From contig MU058337.1 in NCBI GenBank assembly GCA_013265495.1, forward strand, positions 4,382,716 to 4,446,715: DNA of 64,000 nucleotides, written 5' to 3'. The translations under genes and the position numbers were made by a program. The stretch is from Vicugna vicugna (Eukaryota). This document shows positions 14,350-64,000 of this stretch, in pieces. The stretch's first letter is position 1. The number at the start of each line of letters is the position of its first letter. The notes beneath the pieces are model-generated. The model was given only the letters and a program-made list of their open reading frames with translations. It was not told where the DNA came from and searched no databases.

Positions 14350-14530
14350 CCTGAACCGGACTCCTGGCCCTGCTGCTGGCCAACTGCGAGCTCCTGGGCT
14401 GCTTCTGAATCTCTCTGTGCCCGAATGTCTCTCATCTGAGAAGAGGCATAATAATAGCTTCTGCTTCAGAGGGTTTGCTGTGAGGATCAGATGAATCGAT
14501 GCACTCAAAGCACGAGAATGGGGCTTGGCA
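14350..14530 (+). mobile_element. MIR SINE
   Basis: Core ctctctgtgcc...ctcatctg...ataataatagc...gagggtttgctgtgaggatcagatga. Confidence 0.7.
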
Positions 14531-15270
14531 ACAACGCGAGGAGCCCTGCAGCCGGGTCAGGGGCCATGAGTCTGATGCTGATCAATGAGCCCAAGAGCCA
14601 GGTCCTCTCTTCTGAATCAGCAGAGTTTTCCTGTGCCGCAAGAACCACTTCTGCACTCCTGCTGCTCGCCACAGTCCTAGGAGGTAGGCAGAAATGATCC
14701 GCCCCTTTTGCTGATGAGGAAATGGCATGGAGGGGATTAAGTGAGTTGCCAAGAGTCAGAGCGGAAGCCAAACCAGCCTCCTGGCTCTCAGCCCCCGGCA
14801 CTTTCTACTATCTTGCTCTAAGCCTCAGACGGAAAGGGAGCAGCCCTGCACTGGGGCCAAACCCATGATGTCATTAACCCGCGGTCGGCAAGGTACCTCC
14901 AGGGGTATGCATGGCTGGATCAGACCTTCTTTATCAAGATTCAGTTCCAAGAGCTCTTGGAAGTACATTTTAGATCACCGCGACGCAGTGCTGGTCTCGG
15001 GCTCCGGTGGCTCTGATTTTGCCTTTCTGCACACACAGAGCAGGTGGGGTAATGGCTCATGGTCTCCCTCCACTCTGCTCTGCAACACCAGGATGGCAGC
15101 TCTGGGTGGCTGCTTTCCTCACCCGGGAGCTAAGCTGAAAAGCAAGTGTTCCTTCTGGCTCAGCAGATGCTAAGGCGATAAGCTGCACCTTGCAGAGGCT
15201 CTGGGCGATGCAGACAGCCTGGCTGAGTGCTCGCTCCTGGCCGCTTCTCCCCTCTCCAGCAACTCCCATC

Positions 15271-22895
<7,625 letters not shown>

Positions 22896-23015
22896 ACAAA
22901 ATGCCTTTCGAAACAAGAGAGTGTCTTTTTGAACAGTGTTAGACATCGCATTTCAAGAAAAGATTTCTTTTCTAAAAACGCGAAGGTAGTCCATAGAAAC
23001 AACTTGCATACCTAG

Positions 23016-23156
23016 AATAAACATCATACTACAGTGACTTTCTAAAATAATCTATTCAGGATTATCTGACTAACCTAAACATACACAAAGAATAACGTGA
23101 AAAACGTAAAAGTAGCTTTGTTGGCTTCCAAGAGTCTCAGCTACGTGTTTAATAAA
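23016..23156 (+). terminator. Candidate METTL21C polyadenylation signals: AATAAA at 23016-23021 and 23151-23156
   Basis: Canonical hexamers about 120 and 255 nt after the stop; usage not testable from DNA. Confidence 0.55.
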
Positions 23157-24479
23157 TTTTACATGAGTAAGTTAACAAACACATGGGTTTCCCCTCGTTA
23201 TTTCTGCTGGTTTTAAACTTGTTGATATATTTCTGTCACACGCTTTTTGAAACTGAGCTTGAGAGGGTCTGGATGTCTTAATTTGAAGGATCTACTTAAT
23301 ACAGATTTTTTTGCTCCTTGCAGCAAAGGGAGAGGGTGCTAGTTAATAAGAAAAAGCTATAGGCTTAAATTAACACTGAAAGCTACGGAGACAGTGCTGG
23401 AATGAGAGAGTGGGTGTTGTCTTAGGGGCCGCAGGACTAGCGCTGAGCATCCACTCTGCACCATCTCGAACGCCTCCTTCAGAAGTTCTTTATTGGGACA
23501 GAGCTCTCTCTGTTGTTTTCAGTGATGTGGTGCAGACACTGGCCACCATTACCTGAAACTGGAAAGCCATCGTGACTTTTAAAAGCACCATTTTGCTTCC
23601 TGTGTTAATCACGCAGAAATGTGACATTTTTGCCGAGGACACCTTCTTCTGGAATGAATTCGGGTCCAGCTGTCAGCGTGGAGGTAGAGTGACCTAGACA
23701 GAGAGCAAGGCTGACAAGGCAGCTTTGTGTCACCGCCCCAGATCCCAGCATCACTCACCACGGGCACCACTGATGGTCCCCCTGGGAATCACGGTTCAAA
23801 GCAGAGTTTGCCAGGCTGTGGATGTATCTCTAGTTTCCACAGCAAACTTCATAAACTTCATTCTAAAATTACACTATCTGAGAAAGACTTACACCCCATT
23901 GAAAGAGAGAAGTAGTAATTACAGAGGAGTCCTCGTTACAACAGAGCCCTGGACGCGGCTGATGGATTCGAAAAAGAAGAAACAATTTGCCTGTCAACTT
24001 TCATGCTGTACTAAATATACTGTTAAAAGGCACCGTTACTCACCACCTCCCCCGGCCAGCTCCTCGCTTGTCCGCTTCTCACCCCCAGCGAGGACTGTGC
24101 AAACATCAGACGGTCAGGCTGCTGCTGACACGGCTTTCGGGGCGGCCCGGCCGCTTACTGCACCTGGAGCTCCGCACCTCACTTCAGAGAGTGTGTCCAG
24201 ACCCACCATGGGCTTTTCTTCTCCTCCCACGATAGAGAATATAGCAAAAGGAACAAAACCTGAGGAATAAAGTGAGAAAAAGAAACTGCAACAATGGTGA
24301 TTTTATATAAATCAGTAAGTCATATTGTAGGATCCTAGAATTTATTATATCTCAACATAGCTCAGAAGGGTGTACTTCAAAATAAATCTATTGCCAGGAA
24401 GTTGGGAAACTTAAAGTTCGATAATGAATTCACGTTCCCCCCAAAAAAGGTATCCGTGATTGTCAGTGAAAATGGTGTA

Positions 24480-25050
24480 ACTTTTTGTCAGTGAAAAAGC
24501 ACCTCCAAACATCTCTCCTCCATTAAAGTTATGAGAAAACTGACAAAAATTCTCGGAAGCAACATTTGCAGAATTCTGGCAATTAACCAAATGCGCATAG
24601 CAGCTTGAGGTTTGTTCACTCCAGTTAAAATGGCTGAATCTCAGTATGAACAGTGTCCTTGTGATGTTTTCAATCTCCCCGTCCCCATCCCATCTCCAGC
24701 TCCCGGACCGCCTTGAAAACCAGCAGCCTGGCCATCACTGGAGCTTGTTCCCCAGAAAACACCAGGTGCGAGGCCGTCTTTGGACCCAGCTCTCTCTCAG
24801 CCTGTTCCCAGGAGAATTTGTCTAGGTAATTACAGGCAGTTGTATAATTCTGTGGCCACCTGACATGGTGGATACACTTGGGACTAGTTAAGAAGCTTAA
24901 GGAGATGCTGGGAAATGAGATGCTCGGAGGGGCGCTGGGAGCTGCCATTTTCCTAGGTATCAGCCCCACTCGTGGCAGAGCTGAACACGTCCTCAGGAGA
25001 GGCCCGAGGAGGACCCAAGTGCTCACCCCCGGCGGGCCTTGAGGCTCTGC
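24480..25050 (+). mobile_element. Ancient L1M 5'UTR-like fragment between the two gene ends
   Basis: tttgcagaattctggcaattaaccaaa...aatggctgaatctcagta resembles recalled L1MC/MD 5' sequence. Confidence 0.4.
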
Positions 25051-25420
25051 AGCAGGTGGTGCTTATAGAAATGACGAACCTGGTTGTAAAATGAGTTCTC
25101 TAACTTATAGTCAGTCCGTCAGCATGACCTTGGGGTGTCACTTGACCCCTTCTGAGCACCTCAGTTTCCTGATGGAGTGAACCTGTATGTATGTGGACCT
25201 GGATACGTGTAGGCGAGAGAACATGCACGTAGTTGTTCATAGATGGACTCTGGGCAGCTCAGGAACTGTGCAAAATGTCTGCATGCATATTTGCATCTTT
25301 TTTCATAGAGGCTCTAATGTTTTCATCAGATGGAGTCAATTATTCAAACACAATTATGAATGACTAAGACCAGATCACTGGGAGGCCTTTTCCAGTAGGA
25401 ACTTCTAAAGGAACAAGATT

Positions 25421-25495
25421 TAAAAACCACACACACACAAACACATTGGCTGTGAGTAGAGGCCTTTTAATACGGTCTATGTACGTCTGTTTATT
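25421..25495 (-). terminator. Candidate distal TPP2 polyA site: AATAAA (25490-25495), ATTAAA (25466-25471), GU-rich downstream element (about 25421-25445)
   Basis: Minus strand shows hexamers followed by TGTGTTTGTGTGTGTGTGGTTTTT. Confidence 0.6.
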
Positions 25496-26399
25496 TGATG
25501 GAGGAAGGATGAGGGAAGCAAGTGTAGCAGCCAGAAAGATAAAAAGTTAAACATACACTAAAGCACATAAGAATTGGAAATATAGTCAAATAATTACACG
25601 CCTATAAGAAACATTATAAATTACTTCATGTTGAATTTTGTCTATGGATTTAATATATTATTTCTGTTCCAACCCCAAATCATTTATGAAAAATTAAGAC
25701 CAACTTTAAGAAGCTTCAATATTCACTTTTATTATTTATAAAAAAATTAAAGTTCAGAGTGCATATGGTGTCCTGCGATCTTGGTTTTGCACATTTATTC
25801 ACGTGTTTACATTATTTCAACTTTAATAAACATACCGTATGTGTATCTTTACAATACCTGATACAGAGTCAAGCTGTCTGGCACTTATACATGTACTGTT
25901 AGTTCATTTTGATGCTCTGTACGTCACGAGGATGTTAAAAAATGATTGGCCTGAAATGACTCCAAGATGAAGATTGATTGAAGCAGAAGCTCCAGCATTT
26001 GCCAAGCGTTTATTTGTGCTGGGTTTATTTCTTTCCCTTAATTGAATGTAAACCATTTGCCAAAAAAAAAAAAAAAAACCCCCAAAAACCTGGAAATGAA
26101 GTTCTGTTACTTTTTAGTCCAATAAATAATTTTAGCTACGCTTAATGTAGCTTTTTTTAAGGCCTTCACACAATTGAAAAAAATTAAAGTCGAGCATGTT
26201 AAAACCCTGTTCATTTATAAAATAAAAAATAGAACTTTATAGGTCTGCAGGTAAAAGTTCTGTTCAAAATCTCATGCATGTAACAGCTGCAGCCCAACTG
26301 GAAGTCCTTGGTGCTGGCAGTCAGGGCACAGCTCGCCGCCAGTAAGGTGAGGCGTTGCGGAAACACCATGATGTCAGAGGTCTAGATTTACATGATTTA

Positions 26400-26447
26400 C
26401 CAAGCCACACGCCAGCAAACTCTCTGATAAATACACATCACTTTAAT
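26400..26447 (-). terminator. Candidate proximal TPP2 polyA site (ATTAAA 26442-26447)
   Basis: Variant hexamer about 120 nt after the stop, followed by GT-rich sequence. Confidence 0.4.
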
Positions 26448-26564
26448 AATCAATATTTGACAGCGGATGAAAACATGCATTAGACTAAAAATGCCACAAA
26501 TTTGGTTTTATATCCATTCACTATAAAACTTCCTTTTTTAAAATTTGAAGTCTTGGTTCCGATT

Positions 26565-61908
<35,344 letters not shown>

Positions 61909-64000
61909 CTGTAAGTTGAGAATAAAGAAAAGGTAATGAAATTTATCTTATTTTCTTACCTTCCTAAAAACCACGTGAAACAATTTCTCGGGTATCTTCC
62001 GACTGCCCTGTCTACTTTCAGCACAACACACGTGGTGGCGGCTGGGTTAGGTCCCGCTGGCTCAGAGAGCCGTCAGCAGAGCTGAGGTAAGACAGCGGAC
62101 AGGAACCAGCCCTTAAATGAAACCAGGCACAAAGAGCTTTAGGAACCGTCCTTCACGGACTCCAGGCAGAAAACCATCCACCTGCTTAAGAAATCAGACC
62201 AAAGCCACGCCCGGGCCTTTAGACCAGTTTCGGACAATTGTGACGCACAGTTTGGGCCCTGCTTCCTGCTGCTGCTTTTAGAACTGACTTCATGAACCCA
62301 CAGTGTACGCAGGCCCTCGCAGCTAGATGAGCCACACAGAGCCCTGGTCTCATGTTTACAGCCTCAGGTAAACGTTTATTTTTCACAGAAAGCTACCTAG
62401 TACGGCTGTCCTCCTGCCTGCTCTCTCCTCATTTTATTAACTTTTCCATTTTTAAAATATATATTCCAAACACTTAGAAGACAGTCTGATTAAAACTAAG
62501 TAAATCTAAAATTAAAAAGTCATAAATGAAACGCATATCATTTAAGGGTCAATATTATGTGTTCAGATCTTTTTGCTCATTTTCTAAATAAGACCTGCGC
62601 TTTAAAAGCTACGGAAGCCAATCACAGCTGCTACAATGAATGAGCGGAAGCACCAGCGCAGTACAGAGGGCACCGATTATACGTCCTAGGGATATTTCAT
62701 TAACAAACTGCAACAGTTTGGAAAGAAGAATCTCTGAAACCACTGGTTTGTTTTTATGTATACTCCTATGTGTGTCTAAGATGATTTATGGTATCTCAAA
62801 AAAAAGACACAGAATACAGCAAGACATAGGAAACCGAACACTTATAGGCAAAGTGAGGTAACGAGAAAACAAGCAGTGTACCACAGGGAGTCAGAACGGA
62901 GCCTAACAGGTGATGCGCAGGCCACCAAGTCTTCTGCATCTGCCAGCGAGCAGCACTTTTGATTCCAAAACGTAAGTAAGTGGTCAGCATCCAGGCTGGA
63001 ACTCGCTCTCAGGGCCCCCTCTCTCACACAGCCCACCACACACTCTGCATTTCTAGCAGCTCCTCCATCATCCTCTGATCTCTCCTTTCTACCTTCATCC
63101 CCTCTCCTACCCTCCGCTCAGCCAACGTATGCTGAGCCTTCAATGAAATCTTTCTTGACGCTTCCTAGCTGGGTTCAGATGTTCCCGACACTTGCTTCCA
63201 GAGTCTGGAGTCCGTGGAGTAGATTCTAGAGAGTCTACTTGGTACAAAGAAGGAATCTGCCAAATGATGAATGAATGAATCAACATCTTTAACAACACTG
63301 TCACAGCAAATACTGTGACACATCTCACAGAGCGTATCTTACAGCCACCATCAACATGGAGTGACTCAACAGTTCAAGCACCGTATCAAAATACAATTAC
63401 ACAATTTAGTGACTTCACTAAATAACTCCACAGAAGGCAAATGTGGACATGGCGCAAGATTACACGTTTCTGAAGGTCTGGTTGGTTTAACTCAAGGGAC
63501 AGTTGTTAGAATTGAGAAAGGGAGTATGAACATGAGGTCTGTGGGCAGGATTAGATTACGTGTGGGGGCTGGGGAGGGAGAGGTTTTGGGTTACAAGTTC
63601 ACGAACATTTTTCATACATTTCTTTGTCCAGTTTTTTTATGGAAAGAATCCACACTTTTCATTGAACTCTCAAAGGAAACCTGAAGTAACAAGGTCAAAC
63701 ACCACTGAAAAGCAACCAATCAATGGTCTTTCCTTTGCGCAATCCTCCAAAAATAGTTTCTCTAACCAGTTTTTGCTCCATATTGAGTGACATGTTTGAC
63801 ACCACACATCCTGACAAGTACTTGAGTACAGTTACACTAGGTCACCTGGTAAGTGCAGAGACAAGGATTTATCAATTAGCAGAACTGGGGCGGCGGGCGG
63901 GGGGCACACCCGATATTCTTGGTAAAAGCAAAACAAACAAAAAAAGCAGGCACTTAAGGTCACTTTACCTCCCCTCAGAAATGGCTGGCATTTCTGAAAT

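Noticed and set aside
23725..24270. 181-aa ORF downstream of METTL21C
   Set aside because: TTG start, no domain, no supporting exon structure

Overview
Mammalian genomic DNA, probably camelid (inferred from one L1 tail and no recognisable young order-specific SINEs), containing the conserved convergent METTL21C-TPP2 gene pair. METTL21C (+ strand) is complete: 4 coding exons, 15271..22895, 792 nt, 263 aa. TPP2 (- strand) is 5'-partial: 25 coding exons from 61908 down to the stop at 26565, equivalent to human exons 6-30. These include catalytic His264 and Ser449 and the 39-nt alternative exon GQSAAKRQGKFKK. All splice sites are GT-AG and all phases join without frameshift. The rest is intronic or intergenic sequence with old repeats (L1M, L2, MIR, MER20, MER5, MER3, an ERVL LTR), one well-preserved ERV1-type solo LTR, a (GT)16 and two assembly gaps. 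I found no convincing novel biological system. The best leads are regulatory: a sense-oriented solo LTR with a polyA signal inside TPP2, a competing frameshifting acceptor at the TPP2 alternative exon, and three TGATGTCAT motifs around METTL21C exon 1. Repeat family names, repeat borders and human comparisons come from recall and are approximate.
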